A stretch of 64,000 nt of DNA from positions 2,109 through 66,108 of the forward strand of contig DAOTZU010000169.1 in the NCBI GenBank assembly GCA_034433995.1, read 5' to 3'. Source of the DNA: Anaerolineae bacterium. Lineage in GTDB: Bacteria > Chloroflexota > Anaerolineae > UBA1429. Shown here one piece after another: positions 54,673-64,000 of the stretch. The first letter of the stretch is position 1. Each line of letters opens with the position of its first letter. A program made the translations under genes and the position numbers. Under the pieces are notes generated by a model, which was given only the letters and a program-made list of their open reading frames with translations, did not search any database and was not told the origin of the DNA.

Positions 54673-56541
54673 ATGAAAGGGTATGCGGGCAAGATTCTGC
54701 GGGTCAATCTGAGCAGCGGCGACATCTGGACGGAGGAGCCGCCGGAGAGCTTTTACCGCCGCTATCTGGGCGGGCAGGGGTTCATTGCGTATTACCTTTT
54801 GAAAGAGTTGCCCAAGGGGGCGGATCCCCTGGGGCCGGAGAACCTGCTGATCTTTGCCGGCGGCGCGGTGACGGGCATCCCCGTGGCCGGCGCCGGGCGC
54901 AGCGCTGTGGGGGGCAAATCCCCCTTGACCGGCGGCTATGGGGAATCCGATGTGGGGGGCTTTTTCGGCGCCGAGCTCAAGCGCGCCGGCTATGATGCCA
55001 TCGTCATCACCGGGAGGGCGCCCCGGCCCGTGTACCTCTGGGTGCACGATGGCCAGGCCGAGCTCCGCTCCGCGGAAAAGCTCTGGGGCTTGAGCACCCT
55101 GGATTGCCAAGAGGCCATCCAGGCCGAACTGGGCGATGCCCGTGTGCGCCTGGCCATGATCGGGCCGGGCGGCGAGAAATTGGTGCGCTATGCCTGCGTG
55201 ATCAACGACCTGCGCCACGCCGCCGGCCGCTGCGGCCTGGGCGCGGTCATGGGCTCCAAGAACTTGAAGGCTGTGGCCGCCCGTGGCACGGGCAATATCC
55301 CCGTGGGCGATCCGGACGGTCTGCGAGAGCTGGCCAAGTGGATGCGCGATAACTGGAAGGAGAAGGCCTGGGGCTTGCACGATACCGGCACCGATGGCGG
55401 CCTGCTGGATCTGAGCGAGCAGGGGGCGCTGCCCACGCGCAACTTCCAAGACGGCCAGTTCGCCGGCGCGGACAAGATCACCGGCGCCACCATGCGCGAT
55501 ACCATCTTGATCGACCGCGAAGGCTGCTACGCCTGCCCCGTGCGCTGCAAGCGGGTGGTGCGGGTGGATGACGCCGAATATCAGGTCAACCCCATCTATG
55601 GCGGCCCCGAATACGAGACCACCGCTGCCTTTGGCTCCAACTGCGGCGTGGATGACCTGCGGGCCATCGCCAAGGCCCACGAGATCTGCAATGCCTACAG
55701 CCTGGATACCATCTCCACCGGCATGGCTGTGGCCTTTGCCATGGAATGCTACGAGGCGGGGTTGCTCACCAAGGAGATGACCGGCGGGCTGGAGCTCAAC
55801 TTTGGCAACGCGGCGGCCATGGTGGAGCTCACCCGTCTCATCGGCGAGCGCCAGGGCATCGGCGATCTTTTGGCCGAAGGCCCCCGCCGCGCGGCGGCCA
55901 AGATCGGCCCCAAGGCGTTCGACTTTGTGGTGGATGTCAAGGGGCAGCCCTTCCCCATGCACGAATGTCGCACCCGCCACGGCCAGGCCCTGGGCTACGC
56001 CGTCTCTCCCACCGGCGCCGATCATGTGCACAACTTTTGGGATGGCGGCATGGCCAAAGAGCCTTTGGAGGAGAGTTGGCAGGAGTTGGGCATCTATGAG
56101 CCGGTGCCCCAGACGGTATTGAACCCGGCCAAGGTGCGGGCCTATACCGTGGTGACCAATTGGTCATGGCTGCCCAACCATTTGGGGCTCTGTGTGTTCC
56201 TTCCCTGGTCACGGGATCAGGTGGTGCAGCTCGTGCGGACCATCACTGGCTGGCGCACGAACATGTACGAGCTTTTGCAGGTGGCCGAGCGCGGCGTGAC
56301 CATGGCCCGCGCCTTTAACCTGCGCGAGGGGTTTGGCCGGGCCGATGACGTGTTGCCCCTGCGGATGCGCATGCCTCATGTCAGCGGCAGCTTGAACGAG
56401 AAGCCGGTGGATCCGGAGGTGTTGGACGAGAACCTCACCACGTTCTACGCCATGATGGGCTGGGATCCGCAGACGGGCATGCCCACCTTGGCCAAGTTGC
56501 AGCAATTGGATATCGCCTGGGTGGCCGAGGCGATCAAGTAG
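54673..56541 (+). CDS. aldehyde:ferredoxin oxidoreductase (tungsten-containing AOR family)
   Basis: MKGYAGKILRVNLSSG...; AOR N and C domains, Cys ligands for 4Fe-4S; AAGGAGG RBS. Confidence 0.85.
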   Translation: MKGYAGKILRVNLSSGDIWTEEPPESFYRRYLGGQGFIAYYLLKELPKGADPLGPENLLIFAGGAVTGIPVAGAGRSAVGGKSPLTGGYGESDVGGFFGAELKRAGYDAIVITGRAPRPVYLWVHDGQAELRSAEKLWGLSTLDCQEAIQAELGDARVRLAMIGPGGEKLVRYACVINDLRHAAGRCGLGAVMGSKNLKAVAARGTGNIPVGDPDGLRELAKWMRDNWKEKAWGLHDTGTDGGLLDLSEQGALPTRNFQDGQFAGADKITGATMRDTILIDREGCYACPVRCKRVVRVDDAEYQVNPIYGGPEYETTAAFGSNCGVDDLRAIAKAHEICNAYSLDTISTGMAVAFAMECYEAGLLTKEMTGGLELNFGNAAAMVELTRLIGERQGIGDLLAEGPRRAAAKIGPKAFDFVVDVKGQPFPMHECRTRHGQALGYAVSPTGADHVHNFWDGGMAKEPLEESWQELGIYEPVPQTVLNPAKVRAYTVVTNWSWLPNHLGLCVFLPWSRDQVVQLVRTITGWRTNMYELLQVAERGVTMARAFNLREGFGRADDVLPLRMRMPHVSGSLNEKPVDPEVLDENLTTFYAMMGWDPQTGMPTLAKLQQLDIAWVAEAIK

Positions 56542-56562
56542 CGCCTCGCTGAGGCGCCTCCC

Positions 56563-56617
56563 AAAGGGGTGAAGCGCGCGCCGGTGGAGCAAGGCTCCCC
56601 GCCAACGCTTCACCCCT
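56563..56617. terminator. 13-bp stem hairpin downstream of AOR gene
   Basis: AAGGGGTGAAGCG...CGCTTCACCCCTT with about 30-nt loop. Confidence 0.3.
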
Positions 56618-56820
56618 TGTCGTTTAACCCATCCGCTGTGCCCGCTGGCAGGATGCCACTGTGTTGACGGGCCCCTACCACAAGGTTTAACGAACCTCTA
56701 ACCTCCCCTTAACTCTCTGTTAGCTCTGGCTTAATGGACCTGTGGCATGATTCTAAAGGAAGAGGGTTTTCTCGCAGCGTGATGATAGGAACCAGTTCTT
56801 CGCCGAAGGAAAAGGCACAT

Positions 56821-59280
56821 ATGGCCAAAGCCGATCTCCATGTCCATAGCAAATTCTCTGACCGCCCATCTGAATGGTGGTGGCAGCGCCTGGGGGCTGC
56901 CGAATCCTATACCGAGCCCGAATTCATCTATCGCACTGCCAAAGCCCAGGGTATGGATTGGGTCACCATCACCGATCACGACCAGATCGCCGGCGCACTC
57001 CAACTCCAAGAGGCGCATCCTCGCGATGTCTTGACCGGCGTCGAGACGACGGCATTTTTCCCCGAAGATGGCTGTAAAGTGCATGTCCTGGTCTGGGGTT
57101 TGAGCGAGGCCGAGTTTCGCGATACGCAGCGTCTGCGCACCAACATCTATGATCTGCGCGACTATCTGCACGAGCATAACCTGGCCCACGCTGTGGCCCA
57201 CGCCACCTTTGCCGTCAATGGCCGGCTGACCCTATCCCATCTGGAGAAACTGATCCTGCTCTTTAACGTCTTTGAGGGGCTGAACGGCGGACGCAACCGC
57301 CTCAACAATGAGACCTGGACGCGCATCCTGCGCGGTTTGACGCCGGAACATTTGGAGGATCTTTATCACCAATACCGCATCGCGCCGGTGGGCGAGGAGC
57401 CTTGGATCAAGGGGTTCACCGGCGGCTCGGACGACCACGGGGGCATCTTTATCGGGCGCACTTATACCGTTGCCGATGGCGCCACGCCGACGGCTTTTCT
57501 GCGCAATGTGATGCAGAGGCGCTCCTGCGCCGAAGGGCGGCAAAACGATTACCAATCGTTGGCCTTTACCCTCTACAAGATCGGCTACGACTATGCCCGG
57601 GCCAAGGGCGAAGAGCGGCCCAGCCCCATCCTGACGCAGCTTACGGAGATGGTCTTTGACCGGCATGCGCCGACCATCGCGGAGAAGCTGCGGGTGCGGG
57701 CTTTTAAATCCATCAGCAAAAAAGAGCACAAGATTGAGCGCACCTGTCTGGAGCTGATCCATGATCTGCAGGTGCACCATCGCGCGCCGGTAGACGAGAA
57801 GCTGGCCCTCGTCTATCACAAAGCGGCCGGAATCGTGGACGAGTTTGTCAAGATCTTTTGCGAGACCGTCGTGCACGATGTGAAAAAGGGCCAAGTGGTG
57901 CGTTTGGTGCGCGATCTATCTTCTTCTTTACCCGCCGTGTTGCTCTCGGTGCCTTTTCTTTCCACCTTGAAACATCTTTATCAAGGCCGAGCACTGCTCA
58001 ACCAGTTGGAGGTGCGTTTTAGCCCCGGTCGTCCCCGCCAGAAGCGCGTGCTTTGGTTCACCGATACCCTGACCGATCTGAACGGCGTGGCCATCACCTT
58101 GCGCAAGGTCGGCTGGCTGGCGCATGTCACCGGCCGCCAACTGCAGATCGTCACCTCGCTCGACCCGAACCAGAGCGAGACGAACCTCCCTCCCAATGTG
58201 ATCAATCTTCCCACAGCTCACGCGTTCAATTTGCCCACGTATGAGAGCTATGCCATGCGCATCCCCTCGCTCCTCGACGCTCTAGAGCGTCTCTATCCGT
58301 TTGAGCCCGATGAGGTCCTGATCTCCACCCCCGGCCCCATCGGGCTCTTGGGGCTATTGGTCGCGCGGCTCTTCAATGCCCGCAGTGTGGGCATCTATCA
58401 CACCGATTTCACGCTGCAAGCCAAAGAGATCACTGGCGAGGAGACGATTGCGAATCTCCTGGAGGCCTATACCCGCTGGTTCTATTCCTCGGTGGATGAG
58501 ATTCGCGTGCCCACTCTGGAATACCGGCGCATCCTGACGGCCCGCGGCCTGGATCCTACCCGCATGAAGCTTTTTCGCCGGGGGATCGATGCCGAGCTCT
58601 TCCGCCCCAGGCCCGAAGGGCGGGCCTATTTGGCCGAACATTTCAACCTCAGGCGTGGGCCAACCCTGCTTTACGTGGGGCGCATTTCCAAGGACAAGGA
58701 TTTGGATTTTTTGGGGCAGGTCTATGTGCGGCTCTTGACCCGGCATCCCGATCTCAACCTGGTCATCACCGGCGACGGCCCCTATCTGGCTGAACTGCGC
58801 GAACGCTGGCGACATCTGCCGCGAGCCGTTTTCACCGGGCGGCTCGCCCATGAGGAGCTGCCGCTGGTGTACTCTGGCGCGGATGTGTTTATCTTCCCCA
58901 GCATCACCGATACCTTTGGGCTGGTCGTTTTGGAGGCTCAGGCCTGTGGGCTGCCGGCCGTCGTCTCCAACGTGGGCGGGCCCCAGGAGATCGTGACTCC
59001 TCACCAGACCGGCTATGTGTTGCCCGCCCGCGATCTGGAGGCTTGGGTGGCCCAAGTGGACGAGCTTTTGCTCATGCGTGAGGCACGGCCACGCGATTAT
59101 GAGGCCCTCCAGGTGGCGGCCCGTGAAATGGTTTTGCATCACTGCGATTGGGACGCTGTCTTGCGTGATCTTTTGGGCGAGGAACCCGGAGCCGAAAGCG
59201 CGGAACCGGCGGCGTCCCCAGAGGCGCAAAAGAATAGCCAGTGGCTCGTCTCGCCCTTGCCGGTAGCGGCCGGATCGTGA
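56821..59280 (+). CDS. fusion of PHP-domain metal-dependent phosphoesterase and family-4 glycosyltransferase (GT4)
   Basis: ADLHVHSKFSD...ITDHD PHP motifs; C-terminal GT-B signature (E...GLVVLEAQACGLPAV). Confidence 0.8.
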   Translation: MAKADLHVHSKFSDRPSEWWWQRLGAAESYTEPEFIYRTAKAQGMDWVTITDHDQIAGALQLQEAHPRDVLTGVETTAFFPEDGCKVHVLVWGLSEAEFRDTQRLRTNIYDLRDYLHEHNLAHAVAHATFAVNGRLTLSHLEKLILLFNVFEGLNGGRNRLNNETWTRILRGLTPEHLEDLYHQYRIAPVGEEPWIKGFTGGSDDHGGIFIGRTYTVADGATPTAFLRNVMQRRSCAEGRQNDYQSLAFTLYKIGYDYARAKGEERPSPILTQLTEMVFDRHAPTIAEKLRVRAFKSISKKEHKIERTCLELIHDLQVHHRAPVDEKLALVYHKAAGIVDEFVKIFCETVVHDVKKGQVVRLVRDLSSSLPAVLLSVPFLSTLKHLYQGRALLNQLEVRFSPGRPRQKRVLWFTDTLTDLNGVAITLRKVGWLAHVTGRQLQIVTSLDPNQSETNLPPNVINLPTAHAFNLPTYESYAMRIPSLLDALERLYPFEPDEVLISTPGPIGLLGLLVARLFNARSVGIYHTDFTLQAKEITGEETIANLLEAYTRWFYSSVDEIRVPTLEYRRILTARGLDPTRMKLFRRGIDAELFRPRPEGRAYLAEHFNLRRGPTLLYVGRISKDKDLDFLGQVYVRLLTRHPDLNLVITGDGPYLAELRERWRHLPRAVFTGRLAHEELPLVYSGADVFIFPSITDTFGLVVLEAQACGLPAVVSNVGGPQEIVTPHQTGYVLPARDLEAWVAQVDELLLMREARPRDYEALQVAAREMVLHHCDWDAVLRDLLGEEPGAESAEPAASPEAQKNSQWLVSPLPVAAGS

Positions 59281-59443
59281 CGCCAACCGTTGGGCCGGCG
59301 ACGCGCCATTCCCCAAGATTGGCATCCTGGAGGGCTGCCAGAAGATTGGCGCAGCCGGGCCGATCTCCCGCCGCCGGGATGCCTCTGACCAGCCTATACC
59401 AAAAGCAGTGCGATAAGAGCCGGCCTGGGCTTACCGCCGTGGC

Positions 59444-60601
59444 TTATGCCGGCATCACCACCTCGCAGTAACGCCGGCTCTCGGCGGATTCCCTGGCCCA
59501 CAGGCAGGTGAGGGCGCTGAGGATGCCCGCGGCCATGGGGCTGCGAGACGGGGTGCCATCGCGCATGGCCCGCAGGAAATCCAGGCACAGCTCCCGGTCG
59601 CCGCCGAAATGGGGCATCTCGCCGGTGAACTCGATGGTCTCCACGCTGGGCGTGTGGTGCTTGTAGACGCGGATGACGTTCTCGTACCAATCGAAATGAA
59701 TGGTCCCCCGATAGCCGTACAGCCGCGCCCCGCGCCGCGCTGCCTTGAAACGGGCAAAAAAGTTCTGCGTGTAGCTGGCCTGGGCGCCGTTCTCGTATTC
59801 CAGAAGGCAGCTCCCCAAATCCTCGTTGAGGATCCCCTTGGCGAATAGGCACATCCGCTGCGACTGGGTATCCACCTTCTCCCCCTGATAGCGCTGATAA
59901 AAGAGGTTGAAGGGGCTTTCGGGGCACGTTTCCCACCGTTCACAATCCACGCAATGCAGGTCAAAGGGCATCTCGCCGCCATAGATCCGTTGGGCCTTCA
60001 TGGCGCAGAGCAGCCGGGGCCGCTGATTCAAAAGGTAGGCGATGTAATCCAGATCGTGGGTGGCCTTTTGCAAAAAGAGGCCGCCCACCTGCTCATAGTT
60101 CCGATACCAGCTGTAGTAGTAGACATCGCCATAGGGCACGTCGTTAAAGGCGATGACCTGTTCCACCGTGCCGATGGTATCCGCCTCCAGCAGTTGCTTC
60201 ACCGTCTGCACGATGGGCGAGAGGCGCAAAGGGAACGAGACCACCGTGGGCGCGGGGTAATCGCGAAAGGCCGCGTCCAACCGTTTGACCTGCTCAAAGG
60301 TGATGGCCACAGGTTTCTCCAAAAAGAGAGGCAATTTGTAGGGCGCCACCTTGCAGGCCATCTCGGTGTGCAGGTAACAGCGGGTGCCCACCATCACCCC
60401 GTCCAGTTTCTCCTTTTCCAGCATCTCCTCAGGGGTGGCGTAAAAGACCGTATCCTGCAGGAAAGGATCGTTGGCCGCCTGCAATTCTGGCGCGCGGGGA
60501 TCCACAATGGCCGCCACGCGATAGGGGATGCCGTAAACGGCCAACGCTTTGGCCATGCTGGAAACGCGCCCACCGTAGCCGATGATGCCGATCTGCAACA
60601 T
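59444..60601 (-). CDS. Gfo/Idh/MocA-family NAD(P)-dependent oxidoreductase
   Basis: MLQIGIIGYGGRVSSMA Rossmann N-terminus; GAGGTG RBS before ATG 60601. Confidence 0.8.
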   Translation of the reverse strand: MLQIGIIGYGGRVSSMAKALAVYGIPYRVAAIVDPRAPELQAANDPFLQDTVFYATPEEMLEKEKLDGVMVGTRCYLHTEMACKVAPYKLPLFLEKPVAITFEQVKRLDAAFRDYPAPTVVSFPLRLSPIVQTVKQLLEADTIGTVEQVIAFNDVPYGDVYYYSWYRNYEQVGGLFLQKATHDLDYIAYLLNQRPRLLCAMKAQRIYGGEMPFDLHCVDCERWETCPESPFNLFYQRYQGEKVDTQSQRMCLFAKGILNEDLGSCLLEYENGAQASYTQNFFARFKAARRGARLYGYRGTIHFDWYENVIRVYKHHTPSVETIEFTGEMPHFGGDRELCLDFLRAMRDGTPSRSPMAAGILSALTCLWARESAESRRYCEVVMPA

Positions 60602-60743
60602 CTTGTTCACCTCTGCTTCGTGATAGCCCCGCCCACAGGGAGGCCGACTCCGCCGATTATAGGCCTTGCCCCAGGATGGCGCAAACGGCCCAGGTTGACA
60701 GTTATCGCCCCTGGGCTTACCATAGAAAGAGGCGATACTGCCC

Positions 60744-60881
60744 CCCTCTCCCCCGTGGGGAGAGGGATGGGGTGAGGGGGGAAGTGCCGGACCTTGGTTT
60801 CACCCTCACCCCACCTCTCCCTGAAGGGAGAGGCGCTGCGGCCCTCCCCTCTCCCTGTGGGGAGAGGGACGGGGTGAGGGG
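60744..60881. repeat. REP-like G/C-rich palindromic repeats (two direct 36-bp units flanking an inverted related unit)
   Basis: CCCTCTCCCCCGTGGGGAGAGGGATGGGGTGAGGGG (60744) and CCCCTCTCCCTGTGGGGAGAGGGACGGGGTGAGGGG (60847); middle CACCCTCACCCCACCTCTCCCTGAAGGGAGAGG matches 29815-29840. Confidence 0.5.
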
Positions 60882-60927
60882 ATGGCCCTGTTGACGGATG
60901 CGGCGTTGCTGTGGGAAGGTGAGGACG

Positions 60928-63141
60928 ATGCGGAAAAAACAGTTCCGGCAGGTCAAGCCCAGCGGAGAACAGGAAAATCTCCAAGAAACGTTGACGGCCA
61001 TGCGTGGCGACACCTTCCGGGTGATCCTGCTCCTCAGCTTGGTGGCCACGGTGGGCTGGTATCTCTGGGAGAGGATACGGGTGCCGGCCAATGACGCCGT
61101 GGATGGCGGGCTCTTTATCGTCCCGGTGTTGCTCTGGCTGTGGATCGTCTATCAATTGTTGGATGAGCAGCCGCGGGCGGCGCAGCTCGTCTATCTCCTG
61201 GGCGGGTTGGTCTTGTTGAGCGGGCACATCTGGTTATTCCAATCGTCGCGGGCGCTGTATCTTTATGGCGTGTTGGCCTTGATCGCCGTGGTCATTTGGG
61301 AGCCTTGGTCCGGCTTGGCCATGGCGGGCCTGGGGATCTTGACGGCCTATCTCTTGCTTTCCTTCGGCGGGACGCGCCTGGGGTCTCCTGCCCAAGTGAC
61401 TTTAATGGCGCTGAACACCTTGGCGGTGGTGGTGGTGGGTTGGACCTTGGCCCAGAACTTTGCCTTGGCCGTCAGTTGGTCCCTCACCAGCTATGCCAAG
61501 GCCAGGGATAGCTTGGCGGCGGTGCAGGCCCGGCGGGCGGAGGTGATCCACCTCAACCAGGAGCTGAGCCGCGCCCGCGAGCGCCTGGAGCGGGCCAACG
61601 CCGCCCTGGTGCGCGCGTGGCGCGCCGCCGAGGAGGCCGAGCGCCGCCAAAAACAGATGACGGCTTACATCAGCCACGAGCTGCGCACGCCCCTTAACCT
61701 CATCGTCGGCTTTAGCGAGATGTTGGTCACCTCACCCGAGACCTACGGCCTGGAGCAGCTCCCGCCCAAGGTGCGCCGCGACCTCAACGCCATTTACCGC
61801 AGCGCCGAGCAGGTGGCGGCGCTGGTGGATGACGTCTTGGACATGGCCAGCGTGGATGCTGGCCATCTCGCCCTCATGCGCGAGCCTTCGGACCTTTGGC
61901 AGGTGGTGCTGGAGGCCATCTCCATGGTGCGAGATTATGTGGAGACCAAGAACCTGGCTCTGCGCGTGGAGCGCCAGGGCGAGATCCCCACGCTCCTCTT
62001 GGACCGGCTGCGCATCCGCCAGGTGTTGCTTAACCTGCTCATCAACGCGGCGCGCTTTACCCTGGAGGGGGCCATCATAGTGCGAGTGATGCGCGAGCCG
62101 GACCAAGTGCGGGTGCAGGTGCACGACACGGGCAAAGGGATCGCCCCGGAGGATCTGGACAAGATCTTTCAAGAGTTTCACGCCTCATCGGAGGCCCCTT
62201 CGTGGTGGGGCAAGGGCACCGGCCTGGGGCTGCCCCTCAGCCGGCGCTTGGTGCGCCTCCACGGCGGCGAGATGGGCGTGGAAAGCACGCTGGGCCGAGG
62301 CTCCACCTTCTGGTTCACCCTGCCCCTGGAGATGGCCACTGACCAGGGCCAGGTGACCATGGTCTACACCCAGCCCAGGGTGGCCCGCTCCGAGCCTCAA
62401 CCCAGCTTGGTGATCTATCAGGAGGACGAGGTGGCGGTGCACCGCCTGCGGCGCTGGCTGGAAGGTTACCACCTGGTGAGCGCACCCTCATGGGAGGAGG
62501 CCCGACAACGGGCGGAGGAGCTGCGCGCCGTGGCCCTCCTGGCCGACGCCCGAGCGCCCCTGCCTGAAGAGCCCGCTGCCTTGCCCATCATCCAATGTCC
62601 TTTGCCCAGCACCCGCCAATGGGCCCAGGCCCTGGGCGTGGAGGCCTATTTGGCCAAGCCGGTGCGCAATGCCTACTTGCTGCAAGTTTTGCGCGAGGTG
62701 ATCCCGCAAGGGGAAAAGGTGTTGGTGGTGGATGACGATGAGCGCTTTGTGCAGTTGGTGAGCCGGGTGTTGGAGACGGCCTCGCCGCCCTATCGCGTGG
62801 CGGTGGCCTATAACGGCGAGGAGGCCCTACAAAAGATGGCCACGGAGCGGCCCGACGTGGTGTTGCTCGACCTGGCTTTGCCCCAGGTGGATGGCTACCA
62901 GGTGTTGAAGATCAAAGCAGCAGATCCCCAGATGGCCCCCATCCCGGTGATCGTCATCTCGGCGCCGCCGGTGGAGGAGGAGAGCGCCCCCTTGGGCGAG
63001 ACCTTTATCGTGCGGCAAAAGGAGGGGCTCTATCTGGATCAGATCAGCCATCTGGTGCAGAGCGTGCTGACGGTGCTTTCCCCTGGGGATGGGAGCGCTA
63101 GCCCCAGCGATGCAGGGCCTCGCGAAGCATCTCCTGGGTGA
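60928..63141 (+). CDS. membrane-bound hybrid histidine kinase with two C-terminal receiver-like domains
   Basis: About 6 TM helices; H-box ISHELRTPLN; HATPase; C-terminal REC (VLVVDDDERFV...VLLDLALPQVDG). Confidence 0.75.
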   Translation: MRKKQFRQVKPSGEQENLQETLTAMRGDTFRVILLLSLVATVGWYLWERIRVPANDAVDGGLFIVPVLLWLWIVYQLLDEQPRAAQLVYLLGGLVLLSGHIWLFQSSRALYLYGVLALIAVVIWEPWSGLAMAGLGILTAYLLLSFGGTRLGSPAQVTLMALNTLAVVVVGWTLAQNFALAVSWSLTSYAKARDSLAAVQARRAEVIHLNQELSRARERLERANAALVRAWRAAEEAERRQKQMTAYISHELRTPLNLIVGFSEMLVTSPETYGLEQLPPKVRRDLNAIYRSAEQVAALVDDVLDMASVDAGHLALMREPSDLWQVVLEAISMVRDYVETKNLALRVERQGEIPTLLLDRLRIRQVLLNLLINAARFTLEGAIIVRVMREPDQVRVQVHDTGKGIAPEDLDKIFQEFHASSEAPSWWGKGTGLGLPLSRRLVRLHGGEMGVESTLGRGSTFWFTLPLEMATDQGQVTMVYTQPRVARSEPQPSLVIYQEDEVAVHRLRRWLEGYHLVSAPSWEEARQRAEELRAVALLADARAPLPEEPAALPIIQCPLPSTRQWAQALGVEAYLAKPVRNAYLLQVLREVIPQGEKVLVVDDDERFVQLVSRVLETASPPYRVAVAYNGEEALQKMATERPDVVLLDLALPQVDGYQVLKIKAADPQMAPIPVIVISAPPVEEESAPLGETFIVRQKEGLYLDQISHLVQSVLTVLSPGDGSASPSDAGPREASPG

Positions 63142-64000
63142 CGGGCTTGCGCAGATATCCCGCCGCCCCCAGGGAGAGGGCCAATTGGGGTTGATGCAGA
63201 ATGGAACAGATGACCACGGGGATGGAGGCCGTGGCCGGCGAGCGCTTGAGCTGGGTCAGGAGCTGCCAGCCATCCTGGCCGGGCAGGAGCACGTCCAGCA
63301 GGATGAGGGAAGGCCGCCGTTCCTGGCATAGGACCAGGGCCTGTTCCACCGTGGCTGCGTGCAAGAGGAGCCAATCCTCTCCCTCGAGATAGCGGGCAAA
63401 GAGCTCCGCTAACTCCTGGTTGTTATCCACCAAGAGGACGAGCCGTTGGCGCGCCAGAACGGGAAAGGAGAGGCAAATCTGTCGGGCGCCCTCTTGGTCG
63501 AGGATGATGGCGCCCCCGCTCATCTCCACAAAGGGGCGCACGCGTTCGGGATCCAAGGGCGGCGCTGTGGGATTGAGGGGCCCCTCGCAGGAGATGCGGA
63601 CGAGGGCTTGCTCCCTTTGCGAAACAACCTGTACCCGCACCGCCCCTTCCATCAGCGCGCCGGCCAGCTCAGAGAGGGGCAAAAGCACGCTCTGGCGCAG
63701 GATGCTGGGGATGGCCCGCACCCAAAGCGGCGTGGTGGATGGCGCCAGCTCCAAGCGTAGACCGCTCTCCTGGAGGCTGGGCCCCAGCAGGGTGGCCAGA
63801 TCGCGGAGGACCGCGTTGAGCTCAAGGGCCTCCGGCGCCTCCTGGCGGGCAAGGGCCAGGAGCTCATCCCGGGTGAGGGTGTCGGCATCGGTGGGGGGGC
63901 AAGGCTGCTCTGCCTCGGTCAGTGCTTGGTCCAGCCCCCAGGCGTGCCAGAGGATGCAAGCCAGGGCCTCCACGGCGCGGGAATGGTCACGATAGTATTG
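63098..64000 (-). CDS. signal-transduction protein with C-terminal receiver domain (partial; N-terminus beyond window)
   Basis: C-terminal REC block LVLLVDNNQELAEL...ILLDVLLPGQDG; frame open to window end; 44-nt convergent overlap with 60928..63141. Confidence 0.55.
   Translation of the reverse strand, partial: QYYRDHSRAVEALACILWHAWGLDQALTEAEQPCPPTDADTLTRDELLALARQEAPEALELNAVLRDLATLLGPSLQESGLRLELAPSTTPLWVRAIPSILRQSVLLPLSELAGALMEGAVRVQVVSQREQALVRISCEGPLNPTAPPLDPERVRPFVEMSGGAIILDQEGARQICLSFPVLARQRLVLLVDNNQELAELFARYLEGEDWLLLHAATVEQALVLCQERRPSLILLDVLLPGQDGWQLLTQLKRSPATASIPVVICSILHQPQLALSLGAAGYLRKPVTQEMLREALHRWG

Noticed and set aside
1-64000. rRNA, tRNA, tmRNA, integrase/transposase or prophage genes
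   Set aside because: None of the intergenic gaps (all under 620 bp) shows tRNA cloverleaf features or rRNA-like conservation, and no recombinase-like ORF was found. Only the MTase gene shows atypical composition, and it has no flanking repeats.

Overview
The window is a 64 kb high-GC (about 65-68%) bacterial chromosomal segment with dense coding on both strands; rare TATAAT-like and T-rich tracts stand out as signals. No rRNA, tRNA, CRISPR array or transposase was recognised. The large antisense ORFs in the track are mirror images of real genes.

Left part (1-19 kb): housekeeping genes. These include an aldo/keto reductase (truncated at the edge), a 2-hydroxyacid dehydrogenase, a PadR-GH57 glucan-branching fusion, a GntR/LacI-type hybrid regulator, the conserved SCO1664/DUF3090 pair, a flavoprotein, a C26 amidotransferase and murI. 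A complete arginine operon follows on the minus strand (argC-argB-argD-GNAT-argG-argH), with a well-formed promoter, operator-like palindromes and an attenuator-like leader. An epimerase and a GH127 enzyme close this part.

Middle (19-29.7 kb): a hybrid sensor kinase; an acylation cassette (FemAB-like/GNAT + AMP-ligase + ACP); then a tightly coupled signalling operon (HTH - REC-GAF-HD-GYP - REC-GAF-HK - REC - HK).

Core (29.9-46.8 kb): a 17 kb type IV pilus locus on the minus strand with a divergent major pilin gene (pilA). The operon order is REC-fused pilB, pilC, two pilin-like genes, two paralogous GSG-repeat pilus-associated proteins, a giant PilN-like protein, a PilO-like-LysM protein, a four-LysM protein, pilM, pilD and pilT. 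The 1327 aa PilN-like protein carries eight PPC-type beta-sandwich repeats and an internal 819 bp tandem duplication. No secretin (PilQ) or PilP is present and several components carry peptidoglycan-binding LysM domains, which suggests a cell-wall-spanning, monoderm-type pilus machine with a previously undescribed PilN architecture. This is inference; by gene content the organism is possibly from Chloroflexota.

Right part (46.8-64 kb): a GT-C/DUF2723 membrane glycosyltransferase-like gene convergent with pilA, an EEP-family protein, a lower-GC orphan beta-class DNA methyltransferase with a Mrr-cat-like C-terminal domain, a YvcK-phosphohexomutase fusion, an AT-rich island with paired palindromes, a tungsten-type aldehyde:ferredoxin oxidoreductase, a PHP-GT4 fusion, a Gfo/Idh/MocA oxidoreductase, a membrane hybrid kinase and a partial REC protein.

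A G/C-rich palindromic repeat family (REP-like) occurs in two intergenic loci.
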